A stretch of DNA of 63,658 bases, filler included, from Octopus bimaculoides (GCF_001194135.2; 6 parts of 6 records of this genome joined end to end with filler, not necessarily neighbours in it); one strand, 5' to 3'; shown: positions 49,301 to 62,902, numbered from the whole stretch's first letter. Notes: generated by a model not told the origin, from the sequence alone. Made by a program: numbers and translations.

Positions 49301-51100
49301 GTTCTAAGAAATTCACCCTGCTGTTAACTTTTGAAGTCTGTCCTTCATTATAATTTATTATTATATTAAAATTAGAAGCGAATAATAATGCATTAGTTAT
49401 AATATTGTCGTCTCAAGACGGCAATCTTGCAGAAACTTTAGCACGCCGAGCAAAATACTTAGCGGTATTTCGTCTGCCGCTATGTTCTGAGTTCAAACTC
49501 CGCTGAGGTCGATTTTGCCTTTCATCCTTTCGGGGTCGATAAATTAAATACCAGTTACGCACTGGGGTCGATATAATCGACTTAATCCGTTTGTCTGTCC
49601 TTGTTTGTCCCCTCTGTGTGTAGCCCCTTGTGGGCAGTAAAGAAATAGGTATTTCGTCTGCCGCTATGTTCTGAGTTCAAATTCCGCTGAGGTCGATTTT
49701 GGCTTTTATCCTTTCGGGGTCGATTAATTAAGTACCAGTTACGAACTTGGGTCGATGTAATCGACGTAATCACTTTGTCTGTCCTTGTTGCTCCCCTTTG
49801 CGTTTNNNNNNNNNNNNNNNNNNNNNNNNNNNNNNNNNNNNNNNNNNNNNNNNNNNNNNNNNNNNNNNNNNNNNNNNNNNNNNNNNNNNNNNNNNNNNNN
49901 NNNNNNNNNNNNNNNNNNNNNNNNNNNNNNNNNNNNNNNNNNNNNNNNNNNNNNNNNNNNNNNNNNNNNNNNNNNNNNNNNNNNNNNNNNNNNNNNNNNN
50001 NNNNNNNNNNNNNNNNNNNNNNNNNNNNNNNNNNNNNNNNNNNNNNNNNNNNNNNNNNNNNNNNNNNNNNNNNNNNNNNNNNNNNNNNNNNNNNNNNNNN
50101 NNNNNNNNNNNNNNNNNNNNNNNNNNNNNNNNNNNNNNNNNNNNNNNNNNNNNNNNNNNNNNNNNNNNNNNNNNNNNNNNNNNNNNNNNNNNNNNNNNNN
50201 NNNNNNNNNNGTTCTGAGTTCAAATTCCGCCAATGCCGAATTTGTCTTTTACCCTTCCAGGTCGATAAATTAAATACCAGCTGCGTAGTGAGGTTGATAT
50301 AATTGATTCCCCCCACCTACCACACACACAAAAATTTGAGCCTTGTGCCTAGAGTAGAAAAAATTATATCGTCATCGTATTTAAAGGTTATTTCTCCAAT
50401 ATCCTCAGAACAAACCACTGAAGTGTGCATTGTTATATCATTCCGTATTGTCCAACGCCGTCCAAAACATCGCAGTCTTTGAGATGTAAACAGCAACATG
50501 AATTTTTATCCGATTAGACACAACACACGAATCAGGGGCTTGTAAACGAGGATTAATTCAAAATATCCTCAGTGCAAAGATTGATTGAATTTATGAAGAT
50601 CAAACATGATAGATAATCTCTCGTTTATCTATTAAACAAATCGCACTGTTTCACCGTTTGAAGCAAGAGGAACAAAATGATCGGCGACATCAACTGTTTA
50701 AATTGCCATTTTATAGCAAAACTGTTTCAATTTAGATAACATAAATTAAGGTAAATTTTCGATATATAATTGTTTCAGTGAGGCCTGGATGGGTGAAAAA
50801 TTTAGAGTGTTGTCTCTGTTTAATAGTTAATAATCGTTAAAAGCAGCTGGAAGTATCGTTAGCGCGCCGAACAAAATGCTTAGCGGTATTTCATCTGTCT
50901 TTACTTTCCGAGTTTAAATTCCACCGAGATCGATACAGCCTTCCATTTCTTTCCAGGTTTGATAAGATAAATGCCAGTCAAATACTAGGGGGCGATGTAA
51001 TCGACTAACCCTTCGCCTCAAAAACTGCTGGGATTGGTGCTAAAATTTGAAACCATTATTAAGATAGTTAAGGCGGCGAGCTGGTAGAATCGTTACCATG
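46395..51100. mobile_element. Cluster of mostly plus-strand family-1 CORE-SINEs (~46395-46610, 46700-46890, 48460-48630, 49410-49805, 50211-50360, 50850-51100) with CpGs largely intact
   Basis: Repeated gctggcagaa.cgttagcacgccgggcgaaatgcttagcgg...gttctgagttcaaattccgccgaggtcgactttgcc. Confidence 0.8.
47548..48441 (-). mobile_element. Internally deleted mariner (DD34D) element
   Basis: HTH region TVTRWFKEF...DQTRSGR...IKANPASSTGRVSSELDISQSLVVRHLHDL joins directly to C-terminal SNYYLS*SMNHFLRSRCF..EKVEASVKEF, ASKDKNWYQRRIKEL and HNGLYFEY*. Confidence 0.8.
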
Positions 51101-53059
51101 CCGGAAGAAACTGTTTTACAATCAAATGGTCATTAAACATTGTTCTCGTCATTGCTTTTTGCCTTTAAGCTGTAAGTGTTTCGATTAAAATTTCTCAGAG
51201 TTTTCTCTCACAAACTCATTATTTTTTTCGTATATTTTCAATGTTATTAGTTTCTTATATTTTTGCGTTGTCTTTTCTCTCTTTTCTTTTTGTTCTTTTT
51301 ACTGTGTGATCTTCTATAATAACAAATGCGAAATTCTCTTGTCCATCTTGGACCCCTGTATCTCAGTATACATTCGATGTACATAGACATATTACCTTTT
51401 GGAATCAGGATAAACCTAGGATTGAAAATTTGCCCTTCATTTGGTTCTTTAACATCCAGCATTGGGATCAAGTCTGGACGGTGATTTGTTATATTCTAAC
51501 AGTTGAATATTCTAATTTTAACACAACACAAAAAATTTGTGAACTTATAAGATTTTTTATTTAAACTGGATTTAAAGTAATACCATATCGGTAGGGTACC
51601 AATAAATGCTTTATTATTATTGATCCGTTTAGTTTTAGGCCGTAGGTCCAAATAACCGTCCGCGGGAGCTAGACTAAAAGTCCGCACGGAATGCGGCTTT
51701 TAAGCTAGTACTACTATAAAAAGGTTTTTTTTTTCTGAAGGTCGTTGCCTTTAATTCTTGTACGCATTTCGTAGACATGTGTAAACAAATTAGAAAGGAA
51801 GGTCAAAATTTCTCGAAACGATCGCAGTGAAGTTTTTGCGGAGGGAACGGTCTGAACACTTTATAAGCAGATTTTCAAAATGCTTAGAAGAATTCTTGAG
51901 AAAATATACCACTTCGAATTTTAGTTTGAAAACAAATCTCAACAGGGAAGTAGTTCCCGACGAGAGGGAAAACTCAACAAACTGAAGCAGTAGAATTACC
52001 ACCAAACGATATCATGAAACGTTCGACAATAATGGGTGTGTATATATGTACATGCATATATCGGTACAGAACGTCACCAACGGTTCAAACAGCAGGAAAT
52101 ACGTAAACAACGAGAAAAAATGGAAAACAGGACAACTAAACACAGAGAAAGGACACTTCATCAGTTATCGGCTGTCTATCTACTCCTCATTTCGAGCATT
52201 CAACGAAAATATGAGTCTTCAAAGACAGTTGCTCCCATAAATTTCCTTGTTTCCTTTTCTCTCTCTCTCTCCTCTCTTTCTTTTTTTTCTCTCTCTCTCT
52301 CTCTTGTTGCTCACACGTGATCATCATCCATCATTCTTTTCCTCACGTGACCATTTTTCTTTTCCTGGACAGACGTTTTTTTCTCTCTCTACTATCTTTT
52401 TTCTTTTCAAAAAATGTTTCTGCCAGCGTTCGCTATTTTGCTCTCATTCTTATCTAACGACCCACCCCCATGTTTATTTTCCTTCGGTTTCCTTGCATAT
52501 CTCCACTATCATGTTTTTGTTACCAACTCTGACCCTCCATTAATCCTAAATTTTATTTTAGAATTTATGGGAGCTAGTGTCTTTGAAAACCCATATTGTC
52601 GTTGAATGCTGGAAATGAGGATTAGATAGACAGCCGACAACTGATGAAGNNNNNNNNNNNNNNNNNNNNNNNNNNNNNNNNNNNNNNNNNNNNNNNNNNN
52701 NNNNNNNNNNNNNNNNNNNNNNNNNNNNNNNNNNNNNNNNNNNNNNNNNNNNNNNNNNNNNNNNNNNNNNNNNNNNNNNNNNNNNNNNNNNNNNNNNNNN
52801 NNNNNNNNNNNNNNNNNNNNNNNNNNNNNNNNNNNNNNNNNNNNNNNNNNNNNNNNATATATATATATATATACATATATGCAATATACAGCTGAGTATA
52901 GTGGAAGTGATTGAAGTAATGAAAGATGAAATGAAGAAAAGTTTTGTGTAATGTTACCTCCAAAGAGAGATGACTGATGCAGAGCTCAAGACCGAATGTA
53001 AGAAATAGGTTTCAAGCAATCATTATAACAGTAATTGAATTATTGAGGTACGGTGCACG

Positions 53060-53104
53060 TATCATCATGATTATCCCGATCATCATCATCATCATCATCA
53101 TCAT

Positions 53105-53141
<37 letters not shown>

Positions 53142-53484
53142 GTCATCAGCATCATCATCATCAGAACATCACAGCAGCATCAGCATCAACAACAGCATCG
53201 ACATCAACATCATCAGCAATAGAATCAACAAAAAAATCACCATCATCATCGCCATCATCTTCATCATCATCATCGTCATCGTCGTCGTCGTTGTCATCGT
53301 CGTCATCTCCATCATCATTATCGTCGTCGTCGTCATCATCATCATCAGCAGCAGCAGCAGCATCATGATCATGATCTCCATCATCCTCCTCATCGTCGTC
53401 ATCATCATCATTATCAACAACATTATCATGATCACGATCCCTATTACCCTCCTTCTCTCCTCCTCCTCCTCCTCCTCCTCCTCC

Positions 53485-53517
<33 letters not shown>

Positions 53518-53824
53518 ACAACAACAACATACTCATCATCACCAATATCCCGTATTGACCAGCAAAATTACGACCACCACCACTACCATACGACCACCGC
53601 AACCATCATTATTACCACCATCCTCACCAACTCCACCAACATAATCCCACCACCACTACCACCACCACCACCACAACCACAACCACCGCCGCTTGTGTTC
53701 TGTTATTATTATTATAATCTATTATTAATATAATTTACTAGTATTATTGTTATTATGATTGCTTTTGCCATACTTTTTATTATGGAAAATATTATAATTA
53801 TTGTGGTTGTTGTTGTTGTTGTTG

Positions 53825-53874
<50 letters not shown>

Positions 53875-54005
53875 TTGTTGTTGTTGTTTTCATCATTACT
53901 GTTGTTGTTTTTATCATCATCAAAATCACCATCATCATCGTCGTCGTCGTCGTCATTATCATCATCATCATCATCATCATCATCCTCATCATTATCCTCA
54001 TCATG

Positions 54006-54047
<42 letters not shown>

Positions 54048-54062
54048 ATTATCATCATCATT

Positions 54063-54103
<41 letters not shown>

Positions 54104-54105
54104 TA
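53060..54105. repeat. ~1 kb mosaic of trinucleotide repeats (CAT, CGT, CAG, CCT, CAC, ATT, GTT)
   Basis: Directly visible; the source of the poly-I/M/S/H pseudo-ORFs. Confidence 0.95.
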
Positions 54106-57009
54106 NNNNNNNNNNNNNNNNNNNNNNNNNNNNNNNNNNNNNNNNNNNNTTAATTAATTAANNNNNNNNNNNNNNNNNNNNNNNNNNNNNNNNNNNNNNN
54201 NNNNNTTTCGTGCGGGTGACACGTAAAAGCACCCACTACACTCTCTGAGTGGTTGGCGTTAGGAAGGGCATCCAGCTGTAGAAACTCTGCCAAATCAGAC
54301 TGGAGCCTGGTGTTGCCATCCGGTTTCACCAGTCCTCAGTCAAATCGTCCAACCCATGCTAGCATGGAAAGCGGACGTTAAACGATGATGATGATGATGA
54401 TGATGATTATTATTATCATTGTTATTAACATCATTCCATCATTAAAATTGGATGCTAGAGATTTGCTGGTGCCTCGTTAATGGCCATAATTCTTGTTAAT
54501 TCCACTCCAGTGTTGAAATAATGCAATCAGGGTCCTTCCTGTCATGTTGTAACCAATTTTGGCTTCTGTCTTGGACTCTCAACTTGAAACACATAATCTC
54601 CTGTTCCTTTGGTTTCTTCATTATAATTTGTTTTATTATTTAGTGGTAGAAATAAATTAATTTCATTAATTGCATTAAATTGAAATTGAATAGAATGAAA
54701 AAAAAAAAATAGTGTTTTCATTTGAGTCTGCCTGAATAAGAAAACATTGTAAATGAGAAGAGATTAATTCACAGAAGAGATTATATGAAGATATAAAGGA
54801 AAAACTAAATGCATGTGTGTGTCTGTGTGTGTGCGTGTGTGTGTGTGTGTGTGTGCATGTATGTGTGTGTCCGTGCATGTGTGAGGGTATGTGTGTGTAT
54901 ATATGTATATATATACAAGTGCATGCTGAAAAATTCTTGGTTTCGTGTAAAAGAAAATACAGAAGGATCAATTAATTATGAATTTTTTCAACATATTCCC
55001 CTCTCAAATTCACACACTTATCACAGCAGTCCTTCAGTTTTTCTAAGCCCAGTAAAAAAATTCTGAAGGTTGGACTTCCAGCCAGGCCTTTCTTGATAAT
55101 TCTAAAGCCAGGAACTTTTCAGCACCCTCTTCTATATANNNNNNNNNNNNNNNNNNNNNNNNNNNNNNNNNNNNNNNNNNNNNNNNNNNNNNNNNNNNNN
55201 NNNNNNNNNNNNNNNNNNNNNNNNNNNNNNNNNNNNNNNNNNNNNNNNNNNNNNNNNNNNNNNNNNNNNNNNNNNNNNNNNNNNNNNNNNNNNNNNNNNN
55301 NNNNNNNNNNNNNNNNNNNNNNNNNNNNNNNNNNNNNNNNNNNNNNNNNNNNNNNNNNNNNNNNNNNNNNNNNNNNNNNNNNNNNNNNNNNNNNNNNNNN
55401 NNNNNNNNNNNNNNNNNNNNNNNNNNNTTAATTAATATCGATTTATTACCAGGAAGCCAGCACATTGAAAGAATCAGAGAGATTCAGAAAAAATATCTGA
55501 GATCTCAGGAGATTAAAGTATATGTTTATATATAATGATGACCACTAAAGTGGACATTTAATGTGCTAGAAATAGATCACATGTTGTGTCTACTAAGACC
55601 TAAATTGTTCTCAAAACGAAATTCAGCAAAATATCAAACCGTACATTAAATGTCCACATAGTGGTCATCGTTATATATAAATATATATATGTATATAGAT
55701 ACATGCGTATATGTGCAGGTTTGGTTGTACAGTCGAGAAGTTCATTTTGCAACTATGCAGCATTTCTACTCTAGCTTACACATACCTTGTGTGTGAGTTT
55801 TGTAGACAGAAACTGTGTAGAAGCCTGCCATGTATATATGTGTATGCATGCGTGTGTGTGTGTTTGAGTGCGAGTCTATGTTTATTTTTGTACCCCACCT
55901 ACACTTGACAACTGATGTTGGTTTATTTACATCCCCCAAACCTTACCTGTAAGGCAAAAGATATTTGATAGAATGAATACCAGACTTAAGAATAAGTACA
56001 GGAGTTGATTGGTTCGACTAAACCAGCTGATCACAATTGGGGTCAATATGGCCCCCTCGGGGGTCAAGATATAAGATTTTGCAGTTAAAATGTATGTGCA
56101 ATAAATTGGTTATACATCTACAATACATGAAATATTTTAACAGTGGTTGTGTAGTAAGAAGCTTGCTTCCTGACCACATGACACTGGGTTCAGTCCCACT
56201 GCATGGCACCTTGGGCAAGTGTCTTCTTCTATAGCCTTGGGTCAACCAAAGCCTTGTGAGTTGATTTTCTAGATGGAAAATGAAAGAAGCCCATCATACA
56301 TACATATACATACATACGTATATATATATATATATATATNNNNNNNNNNNNNNNNNNNNNNNNNNNNNNNNNNNNNNNNNNNNNNNNNNNNNNNNNNNNN
56401 NNNNNNNNNNNNNNNNNNNNNNNNNNNNNNNNNNNNNNNNNNNNNNNNNNNNNNNNNNNNNNNNNNNNNNNNNNNNNNNNNNNNNNNNNNNNNNNNNNNN
56501 NNNNNNNNNNNNNNNNNNNNNNNNNNNNNNNNNNNNNNNNNNNNNNNNNNNNNNNNNNNNNNNNNNNNNNNNNNNNNNNNNNNNNNNNNNNNNNNNNNNN
56601 NNNNNNNNNNNNNNNNNNNNNNNNNNNNNNNNNNNNNNNNNNNNNNNNNNNNNNNNNNNNATAAAACTTACTTGGAAAAGGATGTGTGGTGTTCGATCAT
56701 GTAATAATATAAATAATATATAAATATATGCATATATCCATACATATTTGTACATACCTACATCTATATGTATACATACATGCATATATGGGTACAAGAC
56801 ATCACAAATAAACCGAAAAAACAAAGAAACGAGACATGCAACATAAAGAGTATAACCCTTCATCAGTTGTCCCTGTCCATCTACTCCACATTTCGACCTT
56901 TATTTGCTTAAAGTGCCATGTAGAGGGATGAAATGCAGAACCATACGGTTGGAAACAAACTTCTTAACCACACAGCCATGCATCCATCCATCCATGCATG
57001 CAGCCCTTC

Positions 57010-57265
57010 TTTGCTGAATGCTTCCTTTATGGTGATGGCATTCATGACTCTGTAGAATAATTCATGCATAGAAGAGTCGATGGCATTGACTGCTTGGTGA
57101 TGTTGGTGGAGGATGAGGTTGGCTTTTGTCAAGCTTTTCTCTCCTGCCATTTCATTTCTTCCTTTTCTCTTCTGGTGGCTTCGTAGTTTTGGTTCTGATG
57201 ATGATAGAACACTGCTACTTGGTACAGTCTTGGGATTGTGTTTCCAGTGATTTAGGCTCAAGTCC
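57010..57265 (-). mobile_element. Heavily decayed RTE/BovB-like 3' end
   Basis: QCHRLFYA*IILQSHECH resembles CPHCQRLFRAQIGLTSHL at 9790-9850. Confidence 0.5.
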
Positions 57266-57274
57266 AGTATTGTA

Positions 57275-57313
<39 letters not shown>

Positions 57314-57942
57314 ACTGTAGTGTTATCAAAGATTAAAGGAAAGCTAACATCAGCACATGCCAGAAAATCAGAAGTAATACTGGAAGAGGTAAAGCGAAAA
57401 GCAAAACGAAAAAGAAGAAAGAAAAAGCAAAAAAAGAAAATGTTTATAGAACTTTAAGAAGACAGACTTCAAAGAAGTAAGATGGTAAAAATTGCTATTT
57501 TAATACCACCAAAGTCTGCTCACTTGTGTTTTATGAAGATTTTTGTCAGATGACTGTATGAAATAATAAGGAAAAATAATGAAGGAAAAAAAAAATGTTA
57601 TCTGTGAAAGATTAGTGAAAAGGAAGACGACTCGCTGATTAGATTCATGGAATGAAATTAAATCTAGAAAACCACAGCAGAACATTAAAAGTGAATATTG
57701 TTTCATGAAAATAGATTTCTGCCAAGCGTGTATATAGTAAAGAAGTACAAATATTTCTTGAGAAAAGAAAAGTTAGGAAGAAAATGATAGCTTCTGAGAT
57801 AAATGCCAAAAATGAACAAAAAAAAAAAAATTCTGATAGAGTGTCTACAGAGGAAAGGAAACTAAAAATATCCCTATGATTGTTGAAAAGTAAAAAGGAT
57901 CTCTTGTGAATATATTCATATATCTACATATACATGTATACA

Positions 57943-58015
<73 letters not shown>

Positions 58016-58152
58016 GCATACACATACATGCACACACACACACACACATACACAAATATACATATATAAATATATATCCATACGTATACATATATATTTA
58101 TACATATACACACATAAATATATATATATGAATACATACACATATATATACA

Positions 58153-58218
<66 letters not shown>

Positions 58219-58985
58219 TACATACACTTATATATAGGAAAATATCAAAAGAATTATACCGTATTCTTCAATATTTTGTATTGGAATGTTGTGGATTGAT
58301 AAAAAGCTGATTGGCTGTTATAGTAATGCTATACTGTGCATGCAAAGAACCTACAGCCCATCCATATACACACACTACAGAGCAGAACAATTAACTTGAA
58401 CATCAGATCTCTGCTTTACTTTTCCTGAATAGGGTATCTTCACCCTGAAATATTGAAATACAAGATCATAGTACAAATTATTGACTTATCTTACTTATAA
58501 CTTGCATTCTTTAGGCTTTTCAAAAACAAAAACATTCTTGAAGCATTAGTAACTTAACTATATTTCCAGTTATGGTCAATTGTAGCTGCAAGTTAACCAA
58601 AAGGCCTTCTTTGGCTAAAAAGAATTAAAAGGTGGGGAAAATGGAAATTACATTTGCTAATTTTAAATTTGAAGTTTGAAGGCGTCAAACTGACAGAATC
58701 GTTACTGCACCAGACAATGCTTAAGGGTATTTTTCTGACTTTACATTCTGTGAGTTCAAATAGCACTGGGGTTGACTTTACCTTTCATCCTCCCAGGGCC
58801 AATAAAATAACTACCAGTTGAGCATTGTAGTTAAAGTAATCACTTGAAGTAATTGCTTGAAACCCCTCCTCTGAACTTGTTGGCCTTGTGCCAAGTTTGA
58901 AACCATTTCTAAATTTGGATTTGTAAATATTCAATTTAAATTAGCTAAAATGCATTTAGATTTAATTAGGCTAAAATGAGCTAAT

Positions 58986-59130
58986 ATTTGGTTTAGATTA
59001 GTTAATATTCAGTTTAGGATATTAATATTTAGTTAAAATTGGTTAATATTTGGTTTAAATTAGTTAATATTCAGTTTAGAATATTAATATTTAGTTAAAA
59101 TTGGTTAATATTTGGTTTAAATTGGTTAAT
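58986..59130. repeat. 62-bp AT-rich minisatellite, ~2.3 units
   Basis: atttggtttagattagttaatattcagtttaggatattaatatttagttaaaattggttaat recurs at 58986 and 59048. Confidence 0.85.
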
Positions 59131-60463
59131 GTTGAACTTAAATTTTATTCTAAGTCTCCAGTGTATATTTTGTTTTTATGTTGTGTCTTTGTCAAAGAGA
59201 AAATGGCAGGGAATTTTAGAATTGAGATACTGACTGTCAGCATCACCAGTTTCATTTAATTTGAATCATGCCAGGATGAGAGTGTTAGTATTTTAGGGGT
59301 TTTTTGAAATGTTCCTCTCTTACTCAGCCTTCTTGAAAGCAAACCGACAGTTGATGTCCAAAATATACCAAAAGATCAATCACTGCTTGTGAAGACTCAT
59401 ACATTTAGCATTCCACCTATCTTCACATTTCCAAGAAATGCATAAAGATATTTTTACTTTTGAACTGTCTTCAGTCCTCTGATTCACATTATATTCTTTG
59501 AAAAATGGGGCCTCAAAGGAAGAGATAAGAAAGAAAAGAAGGAAGAAGAAATATATAAAAGGCAACTGGCATTCCATCAGTTACAACAAGGATTCCAGTA
59601 AATCCAAACAATGGAACAGCCTGCTTATGAAATTAATGTGCAAGTGGCTGAGTACTCCACAAGGAACACATACCCTTAACACGGTTCCCAAGGAGATTTA
59701 GCATGACACAGAATATGACTAGTCTGGCCCTTTGAATTACAGGTACTACTCATTTTTGCCAGGTGAGTGGCTGGTATCAAAAATCATTGGTAACTAAATC
59801 CCTATGGACGCCCAACCAGAATGACTGACCTATACTAGAAAAAAATGGCCAAAAGAAGCATCACAAGTTATATATCTCACTTGGAATGTTACAAACATCG
59901 CAAAGTATTTCCATAGTTTTTCAGACACAACAAAAGTTTTTGTCATAGCTTTGACTGAGAAAAACTTTCATGCCATATTACAAACAAGTATTTCAGTGAT
60001 GTCAGTGGTGTTTCTGAGTTTCTGCACGGCTAACATAAAGTTTTCCATGCTATAATTTATGTGTGTGTGCCTATATATACATATATATATATATATNNNN
60101 NNNNNNNNNNNNNNNNNNNNNNNNNNNNNNNNNNNNNNNNNNNNNNNNNNNNNNNNNNNNNNNNNNNNNNNNNNNNNNNNNNNNNNNNNNNNNNNNNNNN
60201 NNNNNNNNNNNNNNNNNNNNNNNNNNNNNNNNNNNNNNNNNNNNNNNNNNNNNNNNNNNNNNNNNNNNNNNNNNNNNNNNNNNNNNNNNNNNNNNNNNNN
60301 NNNNNNNNNNNNNNNNNNNNNNNNNNNNNNNNNNNNNNNNNNNNNNNNNNNNNNNNNNNNNNNNNNNNNNNNNNNNNNNNNNNNNNNNNNNNNNNNNNNN
60401 NNNNNNNNNNNNNNNNNNNNNNNNNNNNNNNNNNNNNNNNNNNNNNNNNNNNNNNNNNNNNNN

Positions 60464-60521
<58 letters not shown>

Positions 60522-60616
60522 CAGTCCATTAGATGCTATTGTACACTGCTGGTTATAATGCACTTTCAATTCTTCCTTGAGTACAGCATTCTTTTCCATC
60601 TTGACTTAAATAACCT

Positions 60617-60663
<47 letters not shown>

Positions 60664-60664
<1 letters not shown>

Positions 60665-61521
60665 TGGATTGAGGAATAATTCATGAGCATTTTTTTCAAA
60701 TTTAAAAATGCACACAAAAATTAAACACATTGGCAAAATGCTTTATGTTATTTGAAAAAGAATTCTTTGCTCTACTACAAGACAGTGGGTTTTGATTTTT
60801 TAATTTTATTGATTTTTGTTTATCTTCAGATCATTAAAATGGAATGTCAAGTGGATAAAATTGAGCATTTTTGACACCATTTGCTTTTTGCATTTAATCA
60901 AGGTGTTAAGCCTGCCGAAGCTGCTTGTGAGATTTGTGCTGTGTGTGGAGAATGAGCAATGCCTCAAAGTACCAGCCACCATTGGCTTCTGCACTTCAAA
61001 AAGGGGGATTTTGACCTCAAGGACGGATCACACATCAGTCAGCCAATTGAGTGCGATAAACCTTGCCCATTGAGTGAAGATTGTTCACCACAGTTTTTTT
61101 TATTACAATCCATCTGCTCCACCAATTCTCTGGTCATTTGATGGGAATTTTTATGAAGAAGTTGACTCAATTGCTCTTCATCAAACTCAATTGGTTGACT
61201 GGTGTGTCATACGTCCTTGAGGTCAAAATTGCCTGGTAGGTACTTTGAGGCATTGCTCCTTCTCCATAAACAGCACAAATCTCACGAGTATATTCGGCAG
61301 CCTTAACACCTCAATTAAATGCAAAAAGCAAATGGTACCAAAAATACTCAATTTTGTCCACTTCACATTTTATTTTGATGATCTGAAAATACACAAGAAT
61401 CAATAAAATTAAAAATCAAAATCCACTGTTTTGTAGTAGAGCAAAGAATTCTCTTTCAACTAACATAAAACATGTGTTTTATTTCTGTGTGCATTTTTAA
61501 ATTTGAAAAAAAATGCTCATG
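60664..61521. mobile_element. Fold-back made of two mariner 5' halves joined tail-to-tail
   Basis: The plus copy 60664-61052 has ATG at 60839 (MECQVDKIEHF*HHLLFAFNQGVKPAEAACEICAV...FDLKD). The minus copy 61521-61053 has the same leader and continues FDEEQLSQLLHKNSHQMTRELVEQM...LHSMGKV. Confidence 0.88.
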
Positions 61522-62242
61522 AAACCACGATAGATCAGACTGGAACCTGGTGCAGCTCTCCAGCTCCAGTTAAACCATTTAACCCATGCCAGCAAGGAGA
61601 GCAGACATTAAATGATAATGATATGTGTGTAGTTCTCCTTTGGTTTTTACAGTTCTCAGTTTGCATGGTTTAGCATGGTTTTGGTTTGAGGTTGGCTGAT
61701 TTTCTTTTTAATTTACATTTAGAGAAACACCATTCCGTTATTTATCATTTTCTTTATTTTATTTTCCATCAATTTTACTTTCATTTTAGTTCTTTGATGG
61801 TGAGATAAGCCTAACACCAAAGCAACGCCTAATTTAGATTAATATTTTTATATTATTATATAATTTGTTAAATATTTTTGAGATCAAAAACAGATTTTCT
61901 AATGTCAAACTATAAACAGATAAGAAAGTCCATTTCTCTGAAAGTGAAAATTAAAATACTAAGTCAACTTCAGAATAAAAAATGGTTCTACAAAAGTTGT
62001 GAAATAGTAATTTATATATTCTGTTAACATTATCAACTTCATCATTTTAATTTCCACTTTTCCATGCTTGCATGGGTCAGAGAGAAATTGGTGAGGCAAA
62101 TTTTCTATGGCTGGATGCCCTCCCCCTTGCCAACTCTCATCTGTTTCCAGGTGAGATGTATATTCACAGAAAACTGGAAATGAAAGGTACCACTTGTATG
62201 TTGGTGATGCTCATTGACAACTATGACATGATGTCAAGATAC

Positions 62243-62288
<46 letters not shown>

Positions 62289-62794
62289 TCATCATCATCA
62301 TCATCATCATCATCATTTTGATGTATGCTCTTCTATGTTTGTATGGACCCCACAAAGTTTATTTGAGGCAGATTTTCTATCTCTGGATGCTTTCCTGTCA
62401 CCTACCCTCATCTGTTTTCAAGCAATGTGAGACCGTAACTATGGCCTATGCCAGTGTAGCATAACCGGTCCATTTAAAAGTAGCCTTCAATCATCGGCAA
62501 TAAATTGTGCTTGAGAAGACTTGTTGAGTCAAGTGAAATCATTGACGTGGTTGAGCATGGTCATTGCCAGTGCTGCCTGACTGGCTCCCATGTCAGTGCC
62601 GCCCGACTGGCTCCTGAACTGGTGGCACGTAAAAAGCACCCACTACACTCTCGGAGTGGTTGGCGTTAGGAAGGACATCCAGCTGTAGAAACATTGCCAG
62701 ATCAGACTGGAGCCTGGTACAGACTTCTGGCTTCCCAGACCCCAGTCAAACCATCCAACCCATGCCAGCATGGAAAACGGACGTTAAATGATGA

Positions 62795-62902
<108 letters not shown>

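Noticed and set aside
51396-51473. AG...GT-bounded 78-nt open segment on the minus strand (LIPMLDVKEPNEGQIFNPRFILIPK)
   Set aside because: Poor acceptor context and no recognisable homology.
55428-55436. ttaattaat next to a gap as another assembly linker
   Set aside because: It is the natural end of an interspersed repeat also seen at ~12990-13225 and ~12140-12400.
56850-56905. GAAA...CTGATGA boxes on the minus strand (and CTGATGAAG at 52641) in PLE-like UTRs
   Set aside because: The boxes are in permuted order and no consistent stems I/II could be drawn; the 52641 copy runs into a gap.
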